Source of the DNA: an uncultured Pelagibacteraceae bacterium
GTDB taxonomy: Bacteria; Pseudomonadota; Alphaproteobacteria; Pelagibacterales; Pelagibacteraceae
Assembly: GCA_902521075.1 (NCBI GenBank)
Contig: CABYQM010000004.1
Coordinates: forward strand, 54,443 to 118,442
Reading direction: 5' to 3'
DNA: 64,000 nt
Both the position numbers and the translations under genes were made by a program. The notes under the pieces are model-generated. The model saw only the letters and a program-made list of their open reading frames with translations, made no database searches and had not been told where the DNA came from. This document shows, one piece after another, positions 55,866-64,000 of this stretch; the first letter of the stretch is position 1; the number at the start of each line of letters is the position of its first letter.

Positions 55866-56585
55866 TTAGAAATTATCCTTTAAATCCCTCAATTTTTTGA
55901 AATTTTCTAGATCGTTTGACTTAAGAAAAATGTTACAATTAAGTTCCTCACCAATCGTTGATGGCATACTAGTTTTACCTTGTTTAATTTTTTCTTTAAT
56001 TTCTTTAATTTTGTTTAGTAATTCATTGTTATTGGAATCTTGTGCTAAACAAAATTCAGAATTCTTTAAAGTATATTCATGTCCACAATAAATTTTTGTA
56101 TCTTTATCTAAATTTTTTAAAACTTGTAGTGAGTTGTACATTTGCTCATAACTCCCTTCAAAAATTCTTCCACATCCCATAGAGAATAAAGTATCTCCTG
56201 TAAAAATTAACTTATTTTTAAAAAAATGAAAACAGATATGACCTAATGTATGGCCAGGGACATGATATATTTTTGCTTCAAAAATATCTTTCTTCCAAAT
56301 TTCACCATCACTTAAGCAAATATCAATTTGAGGTATTCTATTTTTATCTCCAATATAACCTATTACTTCTGCATTAAATTTTTTTTTTAATTCTTCATTC
56401 CCGCCAACATGGTCATGATGATGATGTGTATTTAATATATATTTTAAATTTAATTTATTTTTCTGTAAATAATTTATAATTGGATCTGCTTCACCAGGAT
56501 CAACAACACAACAATTTCTATTAGCTTCATTAATTAAAATGTAAGAAAAATTATCTTCCAGACACTTAATAATTTCTACTTTCAT
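55866..56585 (-). CDS. gloB: Hydroxyacylglutathione hydrolase (glyoxalase II)
   Basis: THHHHDHVGG, PGHT.GH, GDTLF..GCGR, CGHEYT, LRDLKDNF. Confidence 0.95.
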   Translation of the reverse strand: MKVEIIKCLEDNFSYILINEANRNCCVVDPGEADPIINYLQKNKLNLKYILNTHHHHDHVGGNEELKKKFNAEVIGYIGDKNRIPQIDICLSDGEIWKKDIFEAKIYHVPGHTLGHICFHFFKNKLIFTGDTLFSMGCGRIFEGSYEQMYNSLQVLKNLDKDTKIYCGHEYTLKNSEFCLAQDSNNNELLNKIKEIKEKIKQGKTSMPSTIGEELNCNIFLKSNDLENFKKLRDLKDNF

Positions 56586-57182
56586 TTAACTTTCTATTAA
56601 AAATATACCTAAATGAGAGTCAAGATTTTTATAATTTAAATTTGATTTATTTATTTCTGAAATTCGACTTTTTTTTAAAGCGATAGACTTAAATATTTTA
56701 ATATTCTTACTACTGCAAAAATTATAAAAATCTTTAATTGTACACATATGTAAATTTGGTGTATTGTACCATTCATGGGGTAAATTTTCTGTTACAGGCA
56801 TTGTGCCTTTAAACAATAATTGTAGTCTAACTCTCCAGTAACCAAAATTAGGTATAGTAACAATTACTTTTTTTCCTACTTTTAGTAATTCATTAATTAC
56901 TAATTCAGGATTAAGAAAAGCTTGTAATGTTTGGCTTAAAATAACGTAATCAAAAGACGATTTAGGAAATTGTTTTAAATCGCTTTCAGCATTCCCCTCA
57001 ATTACAGTTAATCCTTTTGATAAACAATTTTGAACTTTTTCTTTAGAGATTTCTAGTCCACGAATATCTTTAGTTTTGTTTTCTTGTAAAAATTTCATCA
57101 AGTCTCCATTGCCACAACCGACATCTAGAACTCTAGTATTTTCCTCTATCAAATTAGATATAATGTTAAATTCTTCTTTCAT
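56586..57182 (-). CDS. metW: Methionine biosynthesis protein MetW
   Basis: [30 protein letters not shown]; overlaps metX. Confidence 0.93.
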   Translation of the reverse strand: MKEEFNIISNLIEENTRVLDVGCGNGDLMKFLQENKTKDIRGLEISKEKVQNCLSKGLTVIEGNAESDLKQFPKSSFDYVILSQTLQAFLNPELVINELLKVGKKVIVTIPNFGYWRVRLQLLFKGTMPVTENLPHEWYNTPNLHMCTIKDFYNFCSSKNIKIFKSIALKKSRISEINKSNLNYKNLDSHLGIFLIES

Positions 57183-58299
57183 TTATAACTTTGTAGGTTG
57201 AATTAATATAATCGCCAAGTGTCTTTAGGAAACTTGGAACATCGAGCAAAAATGAGTCATGCCCTTTATCAGATTCTATTTCTACAAATCCGACATCTGC
57301 ACCAATAGAATTTAGTGCTATAACTATTTCTCTATTCTCCGATGTTGGATACAACCAATCTGATGTAAATGATATTACAAAAAATTTTGTTTTAGTTTCT
57401 TTGAATGCACCAGATAAGTTTCCTTTGTACTGTTTGGATAAGTCAAAATAATCCATTGCACGAGTTATATATAAATAACTATTAGCATCAAATCTATCAA
57501 CAAACACAGATCCTTGGTATCTAAGATAACTCTCAATTTGAAAATCTGCCTCAAATCCATATCTCAGGCTATCCCTATCTTGCAATTTTCTTCCAAATTT
57601 TTCCTGCAATCCTTTTTCAGAAAGATAAGTAATATGTGCTGCCATTCTTGCTACCGCTAACCCTTTGTCAGGATTTAATTTGTAATTACTATAAAATCCA
57701 TTTTCCCACTTACTGTCAGCCATAATTGCCTGTCTTCCTAATTCATTAAACGCTATGTTTTGTGCCGAGTGACTAGATGTGCAAGCAATCGGTATTGCAA
57801 GTTTTGCTTTATCTGGAAAATTGGCAACAAATTGAAGTACTTGCATTCCACCCATTGAACCACCTACTACAGCAAAAAGTTTTTCAATTTCTAAATATTT
57901 AATTAGCTCATATTGAGCGTTAACCATGTCGTTAATAGTTATAATTGGAAAATCAGTTCCTATTTGTTTACCAGTGGACTCATTTATTGTGCTAGGTCCG
58001 TAAGATCCCATGCAGCCTCCAATTACGTTTGCACAAATCACAAAAAATTTATTTGTATCAATTGGCTTATTTTCTCCAACAACATAACTCCACCAACCAT
58101 CTTTATTAGTTATTGGGTTTTTTCCAGAAACATATTGATCTCCAGTCAAAGCATGGAAAACTAATATTGCATTACTTTTTTCACTGTTTAATTCCCCATA
58201 TGTCTCATATGCTATTGGAAAGTTATTAATTTCCTTACCACAATCCAATTTAAGGGGATTTGATATAATTATTTTTTTTGTATCAATATTCTTATTCAT
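57166..58299 (-). CDS. metX: Homoserine O-acetyltransferase
   Basis: [35 protein letters not shown]. Confidence 0.96.
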   Translation of the reverse strand: MNKNIDTKKIIISNPLKLDCGKEINNFPIAYETYGELNSEKSNAILVFHALTGDQYVSGKNPITNKDGWWSYVVGENKPIDTNKFFVICANVIGGCMGSYGPSTINESTGKQIGTDFPIITINDMVNAQYELIKYLEIEKLFAVVGGSMGGMQVLQFVANFPDKAKLAIPIACTSSHSAQNIAFNELGRQAIMADSKWENGFYSNYKLNPDKGLAVARMAAHITYLSEKGLQEKFGRKLQDRDSLRYGFEADFQIESYLRYQGSVFVDRFDANSYLYITRAMDYFDLSKQYKGNLSGAFKETKTKFFVISFTSDWLYPTSENREIVIALNSIGADVGFVEIESDKGHDSFLLDVPSFLKTLGDYINSTYKVINERRI

Positions 58300-58332
58300 A
58301 ATAATTGTACTGATTGAATTGTGAGAAAAAAA

Positions 58333-58384
58333 ACATTTTAGCGGTTTTTTTATAGCGCTCGCAATTCAGTATAAATCAGCGCAT
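58333..58384 (-). ncRNA. SAM-II riboswitch upstream of metX
   Basis: Minus strand GCGCUGAUUU-AUACUGAA-UUGCGAGCGC-UAUAAAAAAACC-GCUAAAA matches the SAM-II consensus (GCGCUGAUUU...UUGCAAGCGC...A-rich...GCUAAA); expected context 5' of metX. Confidence 0.92.
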
Positions 58385-58388
58385 GCAG

Positions 58389-58417
58389 CTTTTACTTCAA
58401 AGGAATTTATATGTCAA
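58389..58417 (-). promoter_or_regulatory. sigma70 promoter for riboswitch-metXW
   Basis: Minus strand TTGACA-17-TAAAAG places +1 at about the aptamer 5' end. Confidence 0.7.
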
Positions 58418-58479
58418 ATATTGCTCAATTAATTATTGTTTTATCTAGTTAAAAGACTATTTATAGTGAAATATTTACT

Positions 58480-59562
58480 ATGACATTGCTAAGATTTAAA
58501 AACATAAAATTACAGAGTTACAAACCAGGAAAATCCTTATTGGCTGGTAATAAAAATATTATTAAGTTATCAGCAAATGAATCTGCTTTAGGTGTCAGTA
58601 AAAATGTCGAAAAAATTGTTAAGTCTAAATTTGATATATCAAAATATCCAGACAGTAAATTTTCGGAATTAACACAAAAAATATCAAAGAAGTATGGTTG
58701 TGATAAATCCAAGATAATTTGTGGCTCTGGTTCTGACGAAGTAATTCAAATGCTTTGTCAATTGTTCCTTAGAGAAAATGATGAAGTTGTTGTTCCTCAG
58801 TACAGTTTCCTCATGTATAGGATATACTCCAAAATCGTTGGGGCAAATGTAAAATTAGCTAAAGAAATTAATTTTAAAGTTTCAGTTAAAGAAATTCTTA
58901 AAAAGACATCAAAAAAAACAAAAATTGTTTTTATTGCAAATCCAAATAATCCAACAGGCACTTATTTAACAAAAAAAGAGCTATTAGACTTAAGGAGAAG
59001 ATTAAATAAAAATATTTTATTGGTTGTTGATGATGCATATTTTGAATATATGAAGAATAAAGATTACAAATCTGGAATTGAGTTATTTAAAAACTTTAAA
59101 AATGTATTTATTTTAAGAACATTTTCAAAAATCTATGGTCTAGCTTCATTAAGGATAGGCTGGGGATACGGTGATAAATCTATAATTAAAGAATTATATA
59201 AAATTAAACCACCTTTTAACGTAAATAAATTTGCTCAAATTTGTGCTGTTGAATCACTTAAAGATGATAAATTTGTTAAAAAGTCAGTAATACATAATCT
59301 TAAATGGTGCAAAAAAATTAAAAATGAGATGTTAAAATATAATATTGGCACAAACAAAATATCTGGAAATTTCTTTTTGTTAGATTTCAAAAAAGCAAAA
59401 TTTACTGCAGACACAACTTTAAAAAAATTACAGAAATATGGAATTATACTAAGAGAAATGAATTCATATGGCATAAAAAATTGTCTAAGACTTACAATTG
59501 GTAACACAAAAGAAAACCAAATATTCCTTAAAAGAATGAATACTATTTTTAAAAATGTTTAA
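58480..59562 (+). CDS. hisC: Histidinol-phosphate aminotransferase
   Basis: KLSANE, GSGSDE, NPNNPTG, DDAYFEY, RTFSKIYGLASLRIG. Confidence 0.95.
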   Translation: MTLLRFKNIKLQSYKPGKSLLAGNKNIIKLSANESALGVSKNVEKIVKSKFDISKYPDSKFSELTQKISKKYGCDKSKIICGSGSDEVIQMLCQLFLRENDEVVVPQYSFLMYRIYSKIVGANVKLAKEINFKVSVKEILKKTSKKTKIVFIANPNNPTGTYLTKKELLDLRRRLNKNILLVVDDAYFEYMKNKDYKSGIELFKNFKNVFILRTFSKIYGLASLRIGWGYGDKSIIKELYKIKPPFNVNKFAQICAVESLKDDKFVKKSVIHNLKWCKKIKNEMLKYNIGTNKISGNFFLLDFKKAKFTADTTLKKLQKYGIILREMNSYGIKNCLRLTIGNTKENQIFLKRMNTIFKNV

Positions 59563-60448
59563 TAATATTCTTATTATTGGTTGCGGATTAATAGGCTCAT
59601 CAATATTAAAGGCTTCAATACAAAAAAAAATTTCTAAAAATTTTTTTGTATTTGAAAAGTCTAAAAAATATAGATCTATTATTAAAAAATTTAACAAAAA
59701 AATTAAATTTTTAACAAGGTTAGATAAAAATTTAAATAAAATTGATCTTGTGATTTTAAGCACTCCTATGAGTGAATATCCTAAATTTTTTTCGTCATTA
59801 AATAAAAATCTCAATCATAATTCAATTATAATTGACGTTGGTTCAACAAAAAAAAATCTAATTTCTTTAAAAAAAAAAAAATTATCAAAAAATCTTGATT
59901 GGGTGATGAGTCATCCTATCTCAGGATCCGAAGTTAGTGGGCCCAAATATGGTAATGCTAATTTGTTCAAAAACAAGTGGTGCATAATAATAAAAGATAA
60001 AAATGTTCTAAAACAAAAAAAAGTAGAGAGATTTTGGAAATCTTTAGGATCTAAAATAATTATTATGAACCCCGATGATCATGATAAAATTTTTTCAGTC
60101 ACTAGCCATCTACCTCACTTGATTGCTTACAATTTAATAAAGACTGCTCAGGATTTTCAGAAAAAAAAGAATAAAAATTTGATTAAATTTAGTGCAGGTG
60201 GATTAAGAGATTTCTCAAGAATTGCTGCTTCCAACGAAATAATGTGGAGAGACATATTTTTCGAGAATAAAACTAATATGATTGAAGCAATAAATCTTTT
60301 TATGAAAAATTTAAAAGATTTTAAGAAGAATATAAGTAAGAAAGAAAATTCAAAGATAATAAAAAAATTAATCAATTCGAAAGTAGTAAGAAAACAAATA
60401 ATTTCTCAAAAACAAGATATTTCTAAACCTGATTTTGGTCGAGAGTAA
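59555..60448 (+). CDS. tyrA: Prephenate/cyclohexadienyl dehydrogenase (TyrA family)
   Basis: GCGLIGSS, DVGSTK, HPISGSE, HD...SHLPH, RDFSRIA, MWRDIF. Confidence 0.92.
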   Translation: MFNNILIIGCGLIGSSILKASIQKKISKNFFVFEKSKKYRSIIKKFNKKIKFLTRLDKNLNKIDLVILSTPMSEYPKFFSSLNKNLNHNSIIIDVGSTKKNLISLKKKKLSKNLDWVMSHPISGSEVSGPKYGNANLFKNKWCIIIKDKNVLKQKKVERFWKSLGSKIIIMNPDDHDKIFSVTSHLPHLIAYNLIKTAQDFQKKKNKNLIKFSAGGLRDFSRIAASNEIMWRDIFFENKTNMIEAINLFMKNLKDFKKNISKKENSKIIKKLINSKVVRKQIISQKQDISKPDFGRE

Positions 60449-60449
60449 T

Positions 60450-61196
60450 TCAGATCCTTGTTACTTTCTTTACATCTAATTTCGCCGTTTCTTTAATTAG
60501 TTTTATCGTTTTTTTAATTGGCATTATGATCACTCTTTTTTTTGGACCATAAGCGTGGATAAGATCATTTGTATTGATGCATATAGCAACATGTCCTTTC
60601 CAAAAAATAATATCACCTTTTTTAAATTTTTTTTTGTATTCCACACCTTTTTTTAATTTAACTTGATCAATCGTATCTCTTGGAAAAAAATTATTATTAA
60701 ATTTATAAAATATTTGCAATAGAGCCGAACAATCAATTCCTTCGAATGTTTTTCCACCCCATTTATATTTACAATTTAGAAAACTTTTAAATATCTTTAC
60801 AAAATCAGAATTTTTTTTTTGGATTGGAAATATGTCTTTTGATCTTAGCCATTTATCTTTCTTATACATAATGAAATTTTGATTCTTTTTTAAAATTTGT
60901 ATTTTGCTCGAAAATGGTAAAAATTTTTTTGATTTCTTTTTTTTATTACCTAAATAAATTCTAGCTTTTAAAATTCCAACTTTGTGAGTTGGATTGAATT
61001 TTTCGTAGCTATCAATTTTTTTTATAAAGCCTGAATATTTGTCATATGAAGTCTTTATTTTAAAATAATTATTTTTTTTACTAATTATTTTAAAACTCTC
61101 ACCGTAGATAAGTTGAGAGCTAACATTAGAGTTCTTCTTTGGTTCCTCTAATATATCGACAAAAGGCTCTTTTAAAAAAAAACTATTTTGCACCAA
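60450..61196 (-). CDS. SH3-NlpC/P60 cysteine peptidase (gamma-D-glutamyl peptidase type; start TTG 61196 or GTG 61193)
   Basis: SQLIYGE SH3-like N-terminus, YKWGG, GIDCSAL, GHVAI, IHA; no signal peptide. Confidence 0.88.
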   Translation of the reverse strand: MVQNSFFLKEPFVDILEEPKKNSNVSSQLIYGESFKIISKKNNYFKIKTSYDKYSGFIKKIDSYEKFNPTHKVGILKARIYLGNKKKKSKKFLPFSSKIQILKKNQNFIMYKKDKWLRSKDIFPIQKKNSDFVKIFKSFLNCKYKWGGKTFEGIDCSALLQIFYKFNNNFFPRDTIDQVKLKKGVEYKKKFKKGDIIFWKGHVAICINTNDLIHAYGPKKRVIIMPIKKTIKLIKETAKLDVKKVTRI

Positions 61197-62556
61197 TTTT
61201 AATTTTATTCCTTATAAACCATAAACAAATTAAGGATGGGATGACCATTAAAGTAGTAATTATAAAAAAGGTTCCCCAGTTTCCATTTAGCCAATCAACT
61301 AAAGCACCCGATGAAGAAGCAAGTGTCGTTCTTCCTGCAGTTCCAATTGAAGCTAGAAGTGCATACTGTGTAGCGGTATAAGTCCTATCCACTAAAAGAG
61401 AGATAAAGGCTACGAAAGCAACAGTTGCAAATGCTGCAGATATATCATCAGCGATAACCGCTAAAGCAAACAACCATTCAGATTTTCCTGACCACGCGAG
61501 AGCAGCAAATAATAAATTTGTTGCTGCCATAAATCCACCAGCAACAAACATTGTTTTTATTGTGCCAGCTCTCATAGCAAATATTCCACCTAATAATGTA
61601 AATACAACTGTCGTTATCCAGCCTAGAGTTTTAGAGTATATCGCTATTTCACCTTTTGAAAATCCTACCTCTTTATAAAAAACTATGGACATTCTTCCAA
61701 GAAAGGCTTCTCCAATTTTAAAAAGAAAGACAAAACCAAGGATTCCAACTGCAATTGAGAAACCATTTTTTTTGAAGAAACTAATTATTGGACCTCCTAT
61801 TGTACCAGTAATATAAGCAACAAATTTTGTTATTACATTATTTGATCCAAGTTTTGATTGTATTATTTCGTCTGTTTCTTTTTGTTTGTTTTGCCTATCT
61901 GATGTTATAGGCTCGTGTATAAACATTAAACCTATATTCATCAGGATTACTACAACGCCAAGAACTAAAAAAGTAGTTTGCCAGTAATCTTCAATTCCAA
62001 TGTTTTGAAAAAATTCGGCAGTAAACAATGCTATAACACCACCCAACTTATATCCGGTCCACCATCCAACTACAGCCATAGCAGCACCTGCTGCCATAGA
62101 TTTTCCTTCATCAGCATTAATTTGTTCGATTCTCAACGCATCAACTGTAATATCTTGTGTAGCCGAAGCAATTGCTATAACTAATCCAACACTAATTAGT
62201 AACGCCAAATTTTCTGTAGGGTTAATAAAACTCCAAACAATTAAACTAAATAAAATTATAATTTGCATAAGGACAATCCAGCCTCGTCGATGCCCTAATC
62301 TTTTTGTTAAAAATGGAATTTGTATTCTATCAATTATTGGTGCCCACAAATAATTAAAGGCGTACACCCCAAATATTAAACCTGCCCATCCAATAGTTGA
62401 TCTACTTAAACCTTCTTCTTTTAGCCAAAGGCTTAAACTGCTGGCAATTAAAACCCAAGGAAATCCACTAATTGCACCAAGAAGTAATATTCTTAGCATT
62501 CGAATATCCTTGTAAACTAAAATAGATTCTGACCAGGTTTGTTTTTTTTCAAACAT
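61183..62556 (-). CDS. ampG: AmpG-family muropeptide MFS permease (start re-assigned to ATG 62556, MFEKK)
   Basis: LLGAISGFP, LWAPIID, LGHRRGW, SATQDITVDA, TATQYALL. The ATG overlaps the trkH stop. Confidence 0.9.
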   Translation of the reverse strand: MFEKKQTWSESILVYKDIRMLRILLLGAISGFPWVLIASSLSLWLKEEGLSRSTIGWAGLIFGVYAFNYLWAPIIDRIQIPFLTKRLGHRRGWIVLMQIIILFSLIVWSFINPTENLALLISVGLVIAIASATQDITVDALRIEQINADEGKSMAAGAAMAVVGWWTGYKLGGVIALFTAEFFQNIGIEDYWQTTFLVLGVVVILMNIGLMFIHEPITSDRQNKQKETDEIIQSKLGSNNVITKFVAYITGTIGGPIISFFKKNGFSIAVGILGFVFLFKIGEAFLGRMSIVFYKEVGFSKGEIAIYSKTLGWITTVVFTLLGGIFAMRAGTIKTMFVAGGFMAATNLLFAALAWSGKSEWLFALAVIADDISAAFATVAFVAFISLLVDRTYTATQYALLASIGTAGRTTLASSSGALVDWLNGNWGTFFIITTLMVIPSLICLWFIRNKIKIGAK

Positions 62557-64000
62557 TAATATTTTCTCCAAAAAGATGGAATAAATAATACTAGAATTGC
62601 AAATAATTCCAACCTTCCAAGTATCATTGCAGCACTGAGAACCCATTTAGAAAAATCAGACAGGCTTGAAAAACTTCCGTTTGGACCAATAATATCACCT
62701 AAACCTGGACCAACATTTGAAATTGACGTGGCGGCTGCTGAAATTGCAGTAATAAAATTTAATCCATCAAGCGATAAAAGCGCGGTCACAACAAAAAATA
62801 TTAATATATAAAGAAATATAAAAGAAATAATTGAGTCCATAAATTTTTCATCCACATTATTATTTTGATATTTAATTTTGAAAATTCCTCGAGGGTAAAT
62901 TATTTTTTTCAGCTGGTTTGATATGAATTGATACAAAATTTGAACTCTAAAAATCTTTATTCCGCAAGTTGTAGAGCCTGCACAGCCTCCAATGAACATT
63001 AAAATTATGAAGTATACTAGTGGAAATTGACCCCAATTACTAAAATTTTCTGTAGCATACCCTGTTCCAGTTAAAATAGAAATTATATTAAAGCTAACAG
63101 ACAAAAAACTTATCTCAGTTAAGCTTTTATTTATAACAGATAAATAAAAAAACATTAAAAGAATTGAAATAATAACCAAAATTATAAAAGTTTTTATTTG
63201 TGTGTCTTTGAAAAATACTTTCTTATCTCCAGCCAAGTATTTGATGTAACTAATAAAAGGTATACTTCCAAGAATAATAAATATTATTGCATTAATTTCT
63301 ATTAACGAGCTGTTAAAATAACCTATAGATTCATTATAATTTGCAAAACCTCCAGTCGCTATTGTTGTCATAGCATGCACGATGCTATCAAAAAAACTCA
63401 TCCCAAATATAAAATAAAAAAAAGCACAAGTTAAAGTTAATAAGGAATATATAGACAATAATCTCAAAGAAACTTCTTTAGTTTTAGGAAAAATTTTTTC
63501 AGAAGTATCATTAGATGAAATATTGAAAAGTTGCATACCCCCTATATTCATTAAAGGCATTAAAGTGATTGCCATTACGATAATTCCAATACCACCAAAC
63601 CACTGTAACATTCCTCTCCAAAGTAATATCGCTTTAGACGTTTCATTTAGATTCGTGATAATTGTAGATCCTGTTGTTGTAATACCAGACATGCTCTCAA
63701 AAAATGCATCTGTAAAACTCAAATCCGTACTAGAAAAAATTAAAGGTAAAGAACCAAATATAGCAATACTTAACCACGAAAGTGCTGTGAGCAAAAAAGC
63801 TTTAGGTAAACTTATCTTTTTATCGTGATCATAATTAGAAATGAAAAATAAAAATCCAAAAACAATAGTAACAATCATTGATCCGATAAATCCTGCATCA
63901 ATTTGATCAAATATTAATTGAACCAAAATAGGTACAATCATAGAAAGACCTAAAATAATTTGCAAAACCCCTAATGTAAAAAAGACAGTTTTATAATTGG
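62556..64000 (-). CDS. trkH: Trk potassium uptake permease, start lies beyond the window edge
   Basis: FESMSGITTTG, TIATGG, GCAGSTTCGIK, ISNVGPG, LGRLE. The frame is open to the window end. Confidence 0.95.
   Translation of the reverse strand, partial: NYKTVFFTLGVLQIILGLSMIVPILVQLIFDQIDAGFIGSMIVTIVFGFLFFISNYDHDKKISLPKAFLLTALSWLSIAIFGSLPLIFSSTDLSFTDAFFESMSGITTTGSTIITNLNETSKAILLWRGMLQWFGGIGIIVMAITLMPLMNIGGMQLFNISSNDTSEKIFPKTKEVSLRLLSIYSLLTLTCAFFYFIFGMSFFDSIVHAMTTIATGGFANYNESIGYFNSSLIEINAIIFIILGSIPFISYIKYLAGDKKVFFKDTQIKTFIILVIISILLMFFYLSVINKSLTEISFLSVSFNIISILTGTGYATENFSNWGQFPLVYFIILMFIGGCAGSTTCGIKIFRVQILYQFISNQLKKIIYPRGIFKIKYQNNNVDEKFMDSIISFIFLYILIFFVVTALLSLDGLNFITAISAAATSISNVGPGLGDIIGPNGSFSSLSDFSKWVLSAAMILGRLELFAILVLFIPSFWRKY

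Noticed and set aside
59869-59881. A13 run in tyrA
   Set aside because: In frame (LKKKKL) in a Lys-rich, AT-biased gene; no evidence of programmed slippage.
62557-62646. N-terminal extension of ampG in the ORF track
   Set aside because: It overlaps trkH coding sequence; the ATG at 62556 coupled to the trkH stop is more plausible.

Overview
Very AT-rich, extremely gene-dense alphaproteobacterial chromosome segment. The near-identical P. ubique-type DmdA N-terminus, the gene order, the ffh leader and the SAM-II riboswitch indicate the SAR11/Pelagibacteraceae clade. Most of the window is core genome: TRAP permease, ftsY/dapF, ffh-rpsP-trmD-rplS-leuCDB, dmdC-dmdB-dmdA, asd, sdhCDAB-mmsA-mdh-sucCDAB-lpdA, priA, atpHAGDC, rppH-ctpA-rsfS-nadD-proAB-obgE-rpmA-rplU, gloB-metW-metX, hisC-tyrA, NlpC/P60-ampG-trkH. 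Highlights: (1) a ~5.4 kb integrase-less island carrying only a Type III restriction-modification pair, inserted in the last codons of lpdA, bounded by a synonymously recoded duplicate of the lpdA 3' end (KRQIHS*) and three copies of a TCTTGGT-N4-TCTTGGTTCG arm-like motif; (2) a GGT-like/oxalate-CoA ligase-like/PanE-like operon that could convert oxamate or oxalate to glyoxylate; (3) SdhC and SdhD both lack the canonical heme-b axial histidines; (4) a SAM-II riboswitch with a visible anti-aptamer strand and a structured ffh leader with pseudoknot potential. No rRNA, tRNA, CRISPR array or transposase was seen. All calls come from reading the sequence by eye; no searches were run.
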